The notes: generated by a model not told the origin, from the sequence alone. Shown: positions 13,601 through 36,572, counted from the stretch's first letter. The stretch: 64,000 bases of DNA from Antedon mediterranea (GCF_964355755.1 NC_092680.1:19167045-19231044), one strand, 5' to 3'. Made by a program: numbers and translations.

Positions 13601-16600
13601 GTATTTAGTCATTTAATCAATCAATCATGAGTTGTACTGTACTGCTTTATTGGTTTTGGCATATTTTACGCAATTTAAAGGAATCAGGGATAGGCCAAGT
13701 ACCGATGCTTGGCAGCAATATATCAATGCATGCCTTGTTAATGCTATCAGTTGTTTTAAAAACAAGGGCGATAAGCTGTAACTTAACACGATTGTTTTTT
13801 TTAAATAATATTCTCAAATGTCTTGGTGTTGACGTATCATGTAGTATTTTACGAATAACAAGACACTAACCCGCACGCGTTGGTAAAACAGTTGATAAGA
13901 ATATTATGATAAATGAAATATATTATTCTTCCAAGAGCACGTGGCTGTACTGACCTGGGTTTTGATTGAATTGAATTTAATACCCGATTCTTGACTGTAT
14001 CTGCATCCTGAATTCAATCCTCCATGCAAAATTATCCTCTATATCGTACCGTACCAAAGCCCGATCAAAATGTAACAACTAAGTAAACTTAGGCATTTAA
14101 TGTTTCTTCGTAAGTTTATCGGTTGACATGGAACTAATAGAACGGTATGATGACATAACGATTCCTGAAAACGTTTTTTCCCGGTTATGTCCACTTGTAT
14201 TGTTATCATAATATTGTTATCATTATAATTAATACTGGTAAGTTACTAAAGATTAAATAATATTGGTGTTGATGACTTCCACTGACGTGCTATTTCATGA
14301 TGCACCATTATACCAACGATTAACGGATACTTAATTAGGATCGTGATGGACAGTTAATTTGATTGATTGATTGATCCATCCAGTTGATTGACAGCTATTA
14401 ATCAACAGTTTTTAACGGAAATCCAGGCTTAAAATAACTGCTAATGCTATATAAATAAAATCATTGTCGACGGCATTGGGAACGTTTCCCTGTGACGATT
14501 ATTACACGTACGTTTCGCCCTTCGAAATCGGAAATGACTCATGGGAACGATTTTTTTACAGTATATTGTATGCATTTTATTACTTTTATTATCAATAATT
14601 GTGATTGTATTTCTGCTTTCATTTTAACGCACTTTACATACCTGTATTTAATATTGACTGTTTACTGGTTGCTTGTTCATAGTTCATAATTCATAGTTGT
14701 TGTACTGAGAGATAAATTGTATCATACCGTACTAAACCCTACTATACCATTAGTAAGATGAACTCATCGTTCAACGTTGCAGGCGCAAAAAATGGAATAA
14801 CCTACCAACTGAAATTAAGTATTCCCCAACAAGAAATCTCATTTCTTTTCACAAAAATAAACTTTTTTTCCCGGATTTTTGTTGCATTCAAGACAGGACC
14901 ACAATGCAAAACAGGGTTTCTTTTACCTGATTGTGTAATCATGTATAAAGATGTTGTTAAGTAGATAAATAAATCCTCTAGTTAAAGATATAGTAAAACA
15001 TACGGTAGTTAAACATATCGACTATTTTGGTTAATAGTGTATGCGCCAGTGTGGCAGCTAATGTAACGTTATTATATATAGTCTTATTATAATAAGTACG
15101 AATAGGCCTACACTGAAATTGAAAAGCATTAAACTATAGCTTTAAAAACGGAAAATTATAAGAGTTATACAGCTGGCCAAACAGCTGATTACCAGCTGAT
15201 TTGTAAAGAAATTAAATTTGGCAGTAACCCAAGCAAGGTTCATTTGGGATTCAGATGTCTTTCTTGCGAAACAACAAACCTTGTTATGAATATAACTGAG
15301 TCGGTAAACTATTGCTTGGTCCAGGCACGCTATGGGTGAATAGGCATAATGAAGGTAGATAGAACATCAACTAGGTCAGTAACCGTTGATTTATGGCCAA
15401 GCGTTTCAGATGACAGGAAAATTATTATTTCAGCTATAGTGTCAAAGAGGAATGAACTCATTTTGCAGGTGGTATGAACTATAGGTGGCGCTGTTATATA
15501 TTTTTTCTGCGCTAAAAGACCCACCACTAAAAGACGGAAGACCGAAGACAAAACACTGATACAGGATGACTTAAATTGCACTGGAACATACACACCCGGC
15601 CCACGACAGGAATAAATGGCACAAAATAGTAGAACACGCTAGGCCTTTTTAAACACATAGTTACACGTTTAGTGTGTTTAAAACCTAAACGTGTTGATAG
15701 CTACATGTTGTGTTCCTCCACATGTTTAGCAGTCGATATGTTTAGGTACGTGTTTAGCGTTAATTGCATACAAACTCCACACAACTACATGTTTAAGATC
15801 TAAAAACTATTTTTACAGTGTACTGAGACTGCAGTAGGCCTATTTGTTGTCGAGTGAGTACTAGGACAATTTACGATGACGAGAATAATAACAAAAGAAG
15901 CCGCTTGTCATTTTTAAATATTTTGCCATCCAGAATGTTTAGTTATGAATAATATTTCTCCTAAGAATAATTTCTGAAAAATTTAAAATGAACTACAGTA
16001 CCAGTAAAACAACGCCCTCAAATCCGGAACAACCCATATCCTAAAAAGTGTATTCGCAATGACCTATGGTGTAGCCTATTTCCGTTTTATTCATTTTCCT
16101 TTGAAACAGTTTTAGCAATTAAAATGGTAATCTTATAACCACACCAGTACCGTAATTATAATTATAATTATACAATTTATTACATTTCCATGCCTTCAAT
16201 CACGATAGTAATCGGAACGGTAGCTTGCGTTTAAACGTTTGAACGGTAGCTTGCAATTGGGCAAATGACTTTTCGATTAGTAGGTCATGTAATGCTCGTC
16301 AAATTGTTGGTCGCGGGGTGTGGGTAGGGCTTGTTTGAAACGACACGCGATCGCAAATCTAAAAATCTAAAATTATGCTATATTATACTAGGCATAAATC
16401 AATGTATCAGAGGGCGATGTATGTATATGTTTTATGTACCATAAAAGTGAGAAAAAAAAAGGTTGCCATGTTTTCGGCCAAATTATTCTAGATTGAGGAG
16501 AAATTATGCCAGATTTTTTATTAAATATGCTAGACAGTGGTATTTATACTGCAGAATTGGGGTTTTCAAATTATGCTAGATGGTTTAAAATTATGCTAGA

Positions 16601-17279
16601 TAGCATGCCAGATTTGACCACTATGTTGTCAACTGACGAGAGTTGAGTCGAGTGAGTCATGCAGTCACGAAAATGATGCACACTATTCACCCGAAAAAAT
16701 CTTTTGATGATTTGGGGTAAAAACCAAAAACACTAGGCCTAGAGGGTCAAGGTTGTATAAATATAGATACTGCACTTTTAGAAAGTATTTTGAGGATTAT
16801 CTATTGAAATACCTTGCCATACTTGATATTATCTGATGTAAATAAACACAAAATAATAATAGCCTTGATACTTTGTTTATTGAAATTTAATTTAATCAAT
16901 TTCATCTAGAAAGGAATGAGAACTTAAATTTATTCCCATTTAAATCAGATGTGGATACCCATATAGGTCATGTTGACAAGGTAAAACATTGTATCCATTG
17001 GCCTATCTATCTGAACTGATGCACAGTATACAAGCTGCCATTTATTCGGAATTTGTTCAAACTCAGTTTTAACCAAGATATCTTTATAGAGATATTGTAA
17101 TTTAAACTAAGTATCTATATTCAAACTGAGATGATGATGTGCGTCACATGTGAGTTCTGTTACCTGTATAGAAATAGTTTTTGTTTGGATACTGATAGAT
17201 AACTTTCTATAGCAAACAGAACAGCATTTGCTACGATACTGTGGACAAAATGTAGGGAACCCTAATATTCAATCAATCT

Positions 17280-17592
17280 AGCTTGGTTCAATTCCCACTA
17301 GTAGGCAACGCAAGGACTTGAGCTTGGTTCCCACTAGGACGTAACGGAAGGACGTAAGCGGAATTGTTGACCAATGACAAGCGACAGTTAATAATTTATT
17401 GCTTGTCATTGGTCAACTAACTTACGTTGCGTTACGTCATTGTGTTGCGTCTCTAATGGGAACCAAGCATTTAGCGCAACGCAAGTAATTTGACTAATCA
17501 CAAGTGATGGATTATTCGAACTTGTCGCTTGTTGTCATTGGTCAACTAGCTTGCGTTGCGCTTACGTACTTTGCGTCCTATGGTAACCAAGC
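17280..17592. mobile_element. MITE family 2 (palindromic, TIR AGCTTGGTTCCCACTAG), nested or duplicated copies
   Basis: GCTTGGTTCCCACTAG...CGCAAGGACGT...GACCAATGACAAGCGA and mirrored arms. Same family at ~9080, 12455, 44068, 58405, 58842, 63890. Confidence 0.75.
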
Positions 17593-18035
17593 TGGCTACG
17601 TCTATAATCAATTCCAAATTTTACTGTGCCAATACGGTACAAACTGACAAAAATAATAGCCTAAATTGTTCAATTTTCATGATTCATACTATCATTAATT
17701 GAATCAATCGCTGATGTAATTTCCGAAACTGCTTTATTTTGCTTGTCTCATTATCGGTATAAAGTTCACTTACAAAATGCAAACTTACAAAAAGCAGGAA
17801 TCGTGTTTAATTTATTCAATATCCGTATGAATTGGATTCTGACTAGAATCGGAACTATACAGTTGGCATCCCCTTGAAATTGTGTCCGTTAAAAATAGTC
17901 AACTCAATGAAACGAGTAGCAGCACTAGACCCAGATACAAACAGATTTATAAATGGTCAGATGTTTTGCCATACACTGACGTAATTTGTACTTTATATAA
18001 AATAAGTAGGCCTACATTGAGAATAAGTAATTCTT

Positions 18036-18075
18036 GGGTGGGACTCGAACCCGCGACCTCCAGATCACCGTAGCC
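18036..18075 (-). pseudogene. tRNA/SINE-head fragment (T arm/B box only)
   Basis: Minus strand reads GGAGGTCGCGGGTTCGAGTCCCACCC; the 5' half of the cloverleaf is missing. Confidence 0.5.
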
Positions 18076-21021
18076 TGATTTATAATAATGATATTGACAA
18101 TGGCTTCATAATTGTAAACATATTTCATTACAACTAATATTGGTGATTATGAGCATTTTGATACCAACATTTTTTATCGTATTTATTTTTATTACAATGA
18201 TGATAGGTAGCCCAGAGATCACAACCCCGGATCGTACGCAGGGTGTATGAGCTGAGGTCTTCATTCCTCGCCTGGAGGTATGATATATAAATGGTCCATT
18301 ATGCACACCCCTAACAAAACTTCGTCCATCCAGCGACCACTGCACAACCACACGAGTAAGAATCGATTTTTATTGAAAGAACCAGCATTGAACTCTATAT
18401 TAAGCCTCTAAATGCATTTTACAGAGCCACTATTTTTTATACCATACAAGCATGCTACTCATAATATTATTATTGTTATTATAAACCGCTCGTTTGGCAC
18501 AATTCCAGTACAAGGTTAATTGACCGTTGCCAGTAAATTTATATCGGAACTGTTTAATATTTTCATATTTTTTTGTACTATGCGTGCAACGATTAATATT
18601 CTCTTTCCGTTTATTTATTTTGGCATGACTTCTACAACCATACATTGTGCATGGTACCTTTGTGTTGATACTGAGGTATTGCAAGGTACTTGTATGATAT
18701 ATCGACACATATTATTAATGTTGATAGTAGTTATGTTACGATACGATGAAAGTGTATTACGATCTTAAATAAATAGATCTTAAATAATAAGTTTAACCAA
18801 AATAATTATGAAAATGATTGAAACATTGTACGTGTAAAAATATAGGTAAAAAATATATCTCTTATAGAGTTATTGTCATTGTGCAGAAAGTACGCTTCAA
18901 ATTCAAACCAAGTAATACCAGGGAGTTGTAAAATATTTTACAACTCCCTGGTAATATTAAAGTATACAGTTTCAGGCTTTGAAAAAAAACGCCCGCTGGT
19001 GGCCCTACGTAAAACAATAACCATTATGACTACACTAACCATGGAGGTACAAACATTTTTTTTAAAATGTTTTACCTCCATGTATTAACTATTTTAAAAT
19101 ACATATCTAATCATGTCATTTGTTTGGAAGATTGTGGGTCACATGATAAGTAAAAAAATAAGTGCGATCAATACGCTCCACGCATAGCGCGGTGTATTCC
19201 TACTACTGAAGCCGCGCCGCCGGACAGGGCAATCGAACCCTTGACAGCATAATAACAATGTTTGCGCATGCTCGGGCGGCTTTGCGCATGCTTCAGCAAG
19301 TTACGGGAAAGACTACCAAAGAGTTATATATAAGATCCTTGAAGACTACACGTCACACAAGGGTGGTGGGACACGTCATTGTGATAAGAATGTCGCCGCC
19401 TACTCCCTCTTTACCTTTCCATTAACATGCTTGCTAGTTTTTCTATATTCTATATCTCAAGTATAATAACACTCTTAATAAGGCTGTAACCTTGAATATT
19501 ACCACGCAGAAAATGTACTAATATTTTCCTCATGGCTCGATTGACCTTGGTTCAATCATGTGTATTTTTAAACCCCTCTTTACACTACAAAATATTTGGC
19601 CAGCCATATTGACTATATTTTAAATCAAATATTAATCGACCTTCTGGGATAGAATGTCCCATCGCCAAAATATTGACATATTATAGATAGATATGTAGTG
19701 ATTGAACTGAAAGGTGGGAGGATGCTTAACTACATTATATATATTTTTTTTGTATAATAATGTTTCTTGTGAATCAGATTTTGATTTCGTCAGTTTCAAA
19801 CCTTTATTTATTTTTTTTTCGTTATGAATGTTTCGAAGATTGTCCAATTTAGGAAGTTGGGTACAGTATTTCAATAATCTACCAATACGTTGTTTCAACT
19901 CAGCCCTATTCATCAATTCATGTTAATAAAGGATGTTTTCTTTCCTAAATGCGAATGGGGAATACGGCTACTGGTCTGGCCAACAAAATAGGATAAAAAA
20001 TTATCGTATCGTTTATTATTTCTTCTTCTCGGTACTGTATCTAGATTTCTCCAGTATCATGCATTTTTTCGAATACAACATCACATGTTCCACATGTACT
20101 CCTAAGCACCATACCACAACCTAACTTATAACCTAACCTTACATGATACAGCCACCACATGTGATACACATAAGATGCTGTATTACATAATAGTACACTG
20201 ATACTGGACAATATTATAGTATGTGGAGATACAGTACTGGGAATCTGGTATTGTGGTAAGAAATACCTGTACAAATATTTATCTTCAATAGACAAATTTC
20301 ATATTGGTTGTACGTACATAATAATTCAATACCCACAAAACAAACAAAAGATTGAAACCAATACAAGGCAACATATGATACTGGTACCGAAGTCATTTTC
20401 TGCTCAAAAACATAGAGCGGAATGACTTTTTAACTCGACAGCTGTGTAACTTCGACAAACTTCCATAGGTTATAAGCATGGTATGACGGTATCGTGAGCA
20501 AAATGATGACAAAGCGGAAATTGAGTGTATATTATTAATATCGTGGAATGTCGTTATGATTATGAAGGTTTTATCCTTCAACATTGATTTCTAGTTTGTC
20601 ATAATAATCTTCAAAGAAAAATAAATATAGTTTGAGGTCGTCAGTGATATTAAACATGAAATATGGTAATTAACATCCTAAAGCCTATATATATGTGGGT
20701 GTTTATGACCCAGATTCACGTTACAAAGGACTAAAATACATTCTGTCCCTAGGCTACTTCTCCCCTAGGCCTAACTATCCAAATTCATGATTTGAAAAAT
20801 GATTTTAAGGAATTCCTAGGTCCCACAAACGTTGGTCATGGCAATGTTAACAAAAGATGATAAGGTAATATCTCAGTCTTGGATCATGATGTTAATGAAT
20901 GGTCAACGAGTATTCTTTACAGTAAGAGTACCTTAAATATAAGCATGTATATGAACATTAAAAGTAATCGATGTGTCCACGCTGAACCAACCTTCTTACC
21001 ACCTCCTCCCCGCTATGCTTA

Positions 21022-21395
21022 TAGTACATTATATTAATGTATGATATAAATACTATATTAAAATATAGTGAATCATCTAAGATAAAGCTCTGTCTACACT
21101 ATCAAACTTTATGTGATGTGCCCATATATGGACATGATGATGTCATATCACTACCATATTTGGACATACTGTATCACCGCCTTGTGTAGTACATATTAAT
21201 GCATGATAATATAGAATTTAAATACTATCTATATAAAAATAGTGATCATCTAAGATCTGTTTACACTATCAAACTTTATGTGACGTGCCCATGGACAGGA
21301 TGATGTTTTATCACTACCATATTTGGGCATATCACTACCATATTTGGGCACATCACATTTTTTTTGTCAAACTACTTTGATAGTGTAGATAAGAC
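21022..21395. repeat. Family-1 MITE copies within a ~165-bp local tandem duplication
   Basis: Flank AGTACAT..ATTAATG..AAATACTAT..TCATCTAAGAT plus the MITE 5' end occurs twice (from ~21022 and ~21188). Confidence 0.7.
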
Positions 21396-24300
21396 AAACG
21401 ATGACAAATTACGACAAGGTTTTGGTCAAGGTTAACTTTCATGGGAAATGGATGGGCTATTTACAAAGATACCAGTAAACAGAGTGATATCATTACAAGG
21501 CCATTATAAATAGATCAATATCATTTTTATTATGCTAAGATTCTTAGAAGGTGCCTTTAACATTCGTATCTGCGTATATAATATAATAATATTGTTTCAT
21601 CATTACTCATACTACTGACAGTTCGTGAAGACTCCCCGCCCCCTCAACCTGCATCTCCCCTTCCCCCTTCCCTAAACTAAACTAAAATCATGGATCCGAA
21701 TGCATGGCGTTCTTCAACTAACGCAATTTTGCCTGAATAGAAACGCTCCCAGAATACCACCTGTTAAATGAAAACTGTAAAATAATACCGTAATTAGATT
21801 AGAATTGATGTCACTAATAGCAACAATGAAACTGATAATAACAATTATTTGTGAACTGTGTACACCGTATAAATGACTGAGAGGTTTGAACTTTTATTGA
21901 CCGGATATTAAAATAGTATTTTAACCTCGTGAACTATTGCACTAATAACTTTGTATTCTAAATAGAAGCTATTCCGTTAACAGTCTTCATGTTATTTAAC
22001 CAATACCGGATACAAGCTGAGAGTTATCCGTGGATTTTGAACTATAGAACGCAATTGATACCCTACAATCGACCTTTTATTTATAAAAGTAAACACTTTC
22101 ATAGAATGAGATACATTACTCCATGTTTAATTAAAGGATATGCCATGATTGTTAACCCCGAATGTTTGGCCGACGCTTCTTTTTTTATATCCCTTGTTGC
22201 TACGTAAATGTTTTGCTGCAATTTTTATTGTAACAATGTAACTATAATTGTAAATAGTAAACATTTTTATATTTGCATTTTTAATTGTATTGTTATCATT
22301 GCTTTTTATGATATATTTTGAAATCCTGGATCCCAAGAAAATCAAAAGGTTTACTACAATACCGGTATTATCTCGTTACCATTTCCGTAAAAAAAAAAGA
22401 GTTAGGCTAAGTTTTCATTTTCTGATCCTATCTAAATGTCTTTATAGTGATGTATTAAAGCTCCTTTATGTGATACGAAAGAGTGACATTTCACAATGTA
22501 TTTGTATACAGTGCCACAGTATATAATTGTCATTACAAAATAGGCATGACAGTGACAATTGCATTTGATATTAATAGTAGGCCTTATGTCAATTTTTCTG
22601 TAATTAGGCTCTATATTATGCAATGATATCGGTTGACCTAAAAACCCTCAGCGTTCACTGAATTTGTTCTTCCTGTCCAACAACACGGTAGGATGCCCAC
22701 TAACTTGTGATTGTTGTTGGTTTTTGTTGTTTGCAATCGGTTTTTCCAATATATGGAACACAGCCAAGTGCATCCACTGCCGAAAACTTCTCGAAATCGC
22801 AAATAAAGGTAATCAACTCATAGCTGGAATGTAATAATTTAATTCTATAACAACAAAATGCAAATCGAAACAAATTTGAAATGGGCCCATAACCCTATCT
22901 ATCCATCCGAATTTCTACTAATTATAATTTAAGAGAATTGGATGAAGCGTCAAATCATCCGAAAATAAGTATAAACTTGGGATATTGAACAAGTTAGACC
23001 AGTACTTGTCGTGTTGTGATAAAAACAACTACCTTCTTTTCTGTATTCTAATAATAATTGACCCAATTTTTGTTGCGGGTATGGTTAATTAACCTGAATA
23101 ATATTGCTTTCCTTTGTTTTGAATGTTTTTGAAGATTGTGTGAGGAGAATCATACCACTATTTAAAAACAAAGAGCATAATTCGGTTAAATTGGATGGAT
23201 CTGTTGATATTTTTTTTTATTCCATTGCTTGTTTCCGTCTAATTTTGTCTAATGTCAGTAATATCTAAATGTTGTCTTGTTATCTTTTGATTTTTGCTTG
23301 TATATAATATGTTATATTTTACGACTTTCAACCCTGTTAATGGTGACGTTTGGTCACTGTAGGGTGATGATGAAATAAAATAAAATAAAATAAACAAATT
23401 AATTACAATTTAATTCGAGTTCTAAAAGTAAATGTAAAACACTAAAATACTCTGAAGATCTAGAGTTGTGGAGGTCCAAGTTAACTTACAACTTCAATAG
23501 TTGAATGTCTTCCTCACAAATAACATGCACCGTGTGTGTAGTATGGTATGTTGGCTTTAGGAGTCAAAATCCAGGCCAAAAATCATGTGACCTGATGATC
23601 AACATTCCCTCATGATATTCATGCAGTTTTATGAGATAGATTCTAACTGACCATTGTGTCTAGCTATACTGAGTACAGTATTTGTAAAAATGTAATCCAT
23701 GTCAATATATATATATATATATTACATCTAGTTTTGTTAATGTCTTTCAATGGTCAATAAGAATCTATTTCATGATAGCTGACGAATCGGGTGTGAATTT
23801 CCCTCGACCAACTTAAATATAGTACTACCAACACCTTCCTTTTTATTTACGTGTGCTTAATTTTGGTTATGTAAGTTAACTATTCATATAGGCTTGAGCC
23901 ATTATAAGCTAAACTGAATCAATGTTATTGTTTTTTATCCTACTGAACTTGGAAGACGAATAGGTCAAATGTAATGATCTAGTTTCATAAAATATGCTGT
24001 TTAGTTTAAAACACATGTTAGGAACTATAGGCCTACAATTTGCGTGTAAACGACGTCCTTGTCTAATTCCAATACGTGATATTTACAAGGCTTTGCGTAC
24101 TCGGATATAATCTATCGAATTTAAATTAATGACCAGCTGATTCTATATGGCTGTGAATACAAAAACAACTTGCATTTTAACAATCAGATTTTGGCGAAGA
24201 CTGTCCACTACTCATGTCAACTAATATTTAAAAGTTTGTGGACTTATATGCAAGAAAAAAACACATAGATATTAAAGTTTGAAATAGTGTGGGTATATCG

Positions 24301-25406
24301 TTTAGACTAACATTTTAAAAGCATGAGGCCTAATATTATTATTCTTTTTAGCAATACATAGTTTATGAATCAAATTAATACTGAATTAATAAAAATGTAT
24401 GTCGTACAATATTGAATTGCTGTAGCGTGTTAATAATAGAGGGCTCACTTGTGAATTATAAAGGTCTCAGTCGGCCACATGATGCTGATGTGCGTAAACA
24501 TTCCTCGATTTGTTTATTGAGTGGACGATGTATTTTTTTTTCTTCAAATAATAAGATAGATAGTTGTTAACATTATTCCGCAGTTTGTTGAAAATGTAAA
24601 TATAAAATAATATTAATCTCTTATTTTTAGTATTCTTTCATAATTAATGAATTATCATAGTTCAATATTCTATTTATAATATTAAGAATTGTAGTTAAGT
24701 TTACTAAAGGCTGAAAATGAGAATTCTGACTCGACATGCGCAAACCCAAAAGTTTTTGAGAACAGAGGGCGCGTTTATACAACACGCTATTACACGCATA
24801 TTCCGTGTAATGAGATTTTACAACAAGAGCTAATTGGCTGAATCCTAAAATTTTGTGGATTCCCGGTTGCTGTTGGCGTGTTGGAAGTGTCCTCAGGGTA
24901 TTGTTTTGACTTCTCGTAAAATAAAAGTATGTGCTGTGAAAATGTTGACCAAATCTAGTAGATAATTGAGCCTTTTTTTTGTGCATATTTTAACCGATTT
25001 AGCACTTAACATTGACGCTAATCAAAATGTTGGCATAATTTGACAAAATGGAGCATAGTTTTATCCTAATTCTAAAACATTTTTTTTTTCTAATTTCAAA
25101 AGCGGAACTGCAAGGTTTTTATGGAGTTGACCTCGGCCCGTGCAACACGCTAACAATCAAAGACGTGTTTAAATTTAGGGTGTTGTATAAACACAGCTAG
25201 AGTCTGAAATGTATGCAGAAATATATACATTTGTTCTGTACAGTACGGACAGGCCACGGACGTTATTCATTTCAGACTATATTTACGTTACACAAAATGT
25301 TTACTACTGCAGATTGTTAAACAAAAATAATTGATAATAAATCATTAATTCTTACATTATTGAATAAAAAATGTGAAAGAACAATAATTAAAAAAGTCGA
25401 GCTGCG

Positions 25407-25515
25407 TTTTTAGTCGTGTGGACGCGACTCTATAGTTCACTATGTCGGTCGGTCTGTCTGTCGGTCCGGTATCACTATGCGTTTTAGCACGCGACTTATG
25501 GCTGTTGGCCTTCTT
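25407..25515 (+). mobile_element. Short Helentron/DINE-1-like non-autonomous element
   Basis: T-run start TTTTTAGTCGTGTGGACGCGACT, (GTCG/GTCT)n microsatellite, second CACGCGACT and GGCCTT end. Inverted relative at ~58280-58373. Confidence 0.55.
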
Positions 25516-25730
25516 TCTCTTAAGTAGGGTAGGTTATTTTAAATTCATCAAAGAATCGGTGTCAGAGGGTTATTTTGCTCTTTCGTTCTCATGTGAAGGA
25601 AAAATGTGCCGGGCTTCTGGCCACAACTTGTAACTCATTGCAAAAGAACAAAATCAGGCTTTTACTTAATTGCAACAACAAAGCATTTTATTAAACTGTG
25701 ACAACAAAATGTTTTGCTCGGAATGCCTAC

Positions 25731-25917
25731 CTGACAGTACTCCTAATACACGCATGTCTGCGCCATTATTTTCAGTCAGAAACTTGCAATTTTCAGGATG
25801 TCCTTCTGGTAGTTGAAAGTTTCTGTATCTATTATCAATGGTCTCATTATACTCGGCTTCAGAGCACGGCACAAGTACCACCAACGTAGCAGCTAAAACC
25901 AGCACGTTCGAGAACAT
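25731..25917 (-). CDS. First coding exon of an unidentified secreted protein
   Basis: MFSNVLVLAATLVVLVPCSEA|EYNETIDN...: hydrophobic signal peptide with small-residue cleavage site, N-glycosylation sequon NET, donor G|GTAGGC at 25730, and TATAAAA on the minus strand at ~26007-26013. Downstream exons not resolved; the unspliced frame would end at 25666. Confidence 0.55.
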
Positions 25918-28405
25918 ACCGCTTGTAGTATTAAAGCATCACTTGGTCTACTCGTCTTATTTCTATAATAGTTTACAAATGGATAGGTACAAACTTAACG
26001 CTAACGTTTTATAGATACCCAAAGGAGTTTCGGAATTCCAAATTTGGTTTGAAAATATTATTATTAATATTTGTTATTTCTTCAAACTTTATAGTCATAA
26101 AAGTGCTGTTTGACTTTTTATTTTACTTTTCATTTTCACTTTTGCGTACACACCTTCACTGACCTGGATATAAAAGCCTGTTTCCATTGCAACAAATTGG
26201 TAATTCATTAATTATTATTTATTTATTATTATTGTTTTTATTGCACATTAGGAGAGCGCATCATTGTTAAGTTACATATCCAATTAGAGTGAGAGTTCCC
26301 ACATTGCATCTCATCTTTGTGATGCATATCACTAAAATATAACTTCACATAATAATAATATATTTATTTATATTTAAAACGAATTCAAATTACATACATA
26401 CGTTGATGGAGGGGTTTGCTAAGCCGGCTTGGGCCTCCTAAATTTTGGAAATGATCATGCACAAGATATGACAAGATTATAAATTTAGTGCTTAATGTTT
26501 ACAAGTTTTGAGACCTGGATCTAAAATCTGCAACTGGACTAATAATCATGATTTTCCTTGATTATTTTCTAATGCTATATATGGTGATAAAAATTGTAGC
26601 TGTTTTGTGTTTTATTTTTCACTTCTTCCCCTTTATTTTTGAAACCAAAAGTAATTTTAATCAAATTTGAGGATGTATTGGGTATACTGAATACTTTTCA
26701 GGGCCACCACCAATGACAGACTAAAAATGGGAGTTACTAGGTTAGTTGTGCTTTGGAAGGCCGGCCTTGATGATGTTCACATCACTTTCGCTTTAAGTCA
26801 GGTTGGCAAAATGTGGATCATAAATTCGGAATGGAAAATTACTATAGGTGGACAATCTGAAATGAGATGACAAATTTACACTAAAATAGAATAAGGCATA
26901 AACACAGACCAATTTGATTATTGTTTACAATAACAAGAAAGCCCACATTTAAAATAAAACTACCAGTGTCTAAAATAACAGGTGTCAATATTAAAAATTG
27001 GCTATTTTTAGAACTTAATTTTGTGTTATCTGTTGCTGCAGTTTTGCCAATGACTATGTAAACACACCATTCAATCTATTTTCTTGAGCTGTGCTAGAAG
27101 CATATAGAAAAAAAACATTAGGACAGTAGGAAACATGAGTACAGTGTTGGAAGATGGAGTGCAACATTGTTTTCGTCACAAGAATAATATATTCGATTCG
27201 ATCCAATTTTGGTTGTAAACTTAATGCTCAGGTACAGGCATGAATTTTAAATATAATATTTGGTTAATTGTACATAAATCAAATATTTGTAACAGAAATC
27301 GAGACGAAAAAACATGAATTTCCCTTAATATGGTCAAATACAAAATTTGGCAAAATTCTTCCATAAAAACCAGGAAGAATTTTTTTCAGTAGTTAGGTAG
27401 TTAACCTAATGTACGGTGAAAAAAGATGGTGGATATACGGTGGATAATTTTTGCTTTTGCATGAAAATAAAAATCTGAAGTTGAATAAAAATATCAGAAA
27501 TGTAATATTCAAGTTATATTACCTATATTTAGTCATCTGATAACATTTTTGACCACACCGTTTATTTTACATAGCTTTTAAAAAATGCCTCTCTATTTAC
27601 AAAATGTGTGTACAAAAGAATAGAGATTTTACTGTGTAATTTGAACTATCCCCCCACTGATAAGAAAGTGCTTATTTTCAACAAGCTCGTGTAACACAAA
27701 TAAAATCCCAAAAATTATGAAACATAGGGGAAACTATAGATCGATAATTATTGGAATGTATGATATAGAAATGTTTTGCCCGCACCTGGCCTTTAAGGGT
27801 ATCAGTTTTTTTTTCTCTAAAATGTTACTTGGCCAAACATCCGACGGTCTGTTTCTTTGTGACACCTCTCTTCAAACCCAGAGTATGAATGACCGGAATT
27901 GTACAATCACAATTAGGAGGAAAAGAAAGTGATTCTCTTGTAGTACGATGTCTTTTTATATCGATCTCCTTAGGTCTTCGAAGTTTCTTCTTTGTGTGTG
28001 TTTTGGATGTTTTTTCTCGCCTTGTAAAAATAACGTGCGATTTGTGATATGCGACATTATTGTTTTTATGAAATAAAAAGACTAATATTAATATTTTGCA
28101 GGGCACTTTATGGTTTTGTCATTGATCACGGTTATAAAATAAATAGATAGGCCTGACTACACACTTTAATGTTAGTCTTAGTATATTATACGTTTTATTC
28201 ATGAGCCTAATGCATTATACTGTATAGCTTATTTTGATAAATAAACACAAACACGCTAATAAATCACACAAATGTTGGCTAATATGGATAATATTTCTTT
28301 TTAGTGTTTGCCAAACTCAAATTAAACAATATGTATATATTGAATATTTAACACAAAAAAGTTACAAAACAGCTGTTAATGCAGGTCAGAGAATTAAGTG
28401 TTATT

Positions 28406-36572
<8,167 letters not shown>

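Noticed and set aside
16370-16625. Repeated AAATTATGCTAGA motif as a regulatory array
   Set aside because: Irregular spacing fits subterminal repeats of a decayed DNA transposon; no other support.
18200-18300. GC-richer segment next to TATATAAA as a possible snRNA gene
   Set aside because: No match to U1/U2/U4/U5 motifs, no Sm site or terminator recognised.
24627-24986. 119-aa ORF as exon 2 of the orphan secreted gene
   Set aside because: No phase-1-compatible YAG acceptor gives an open frame; part resembles a repeat also seen near 10830.
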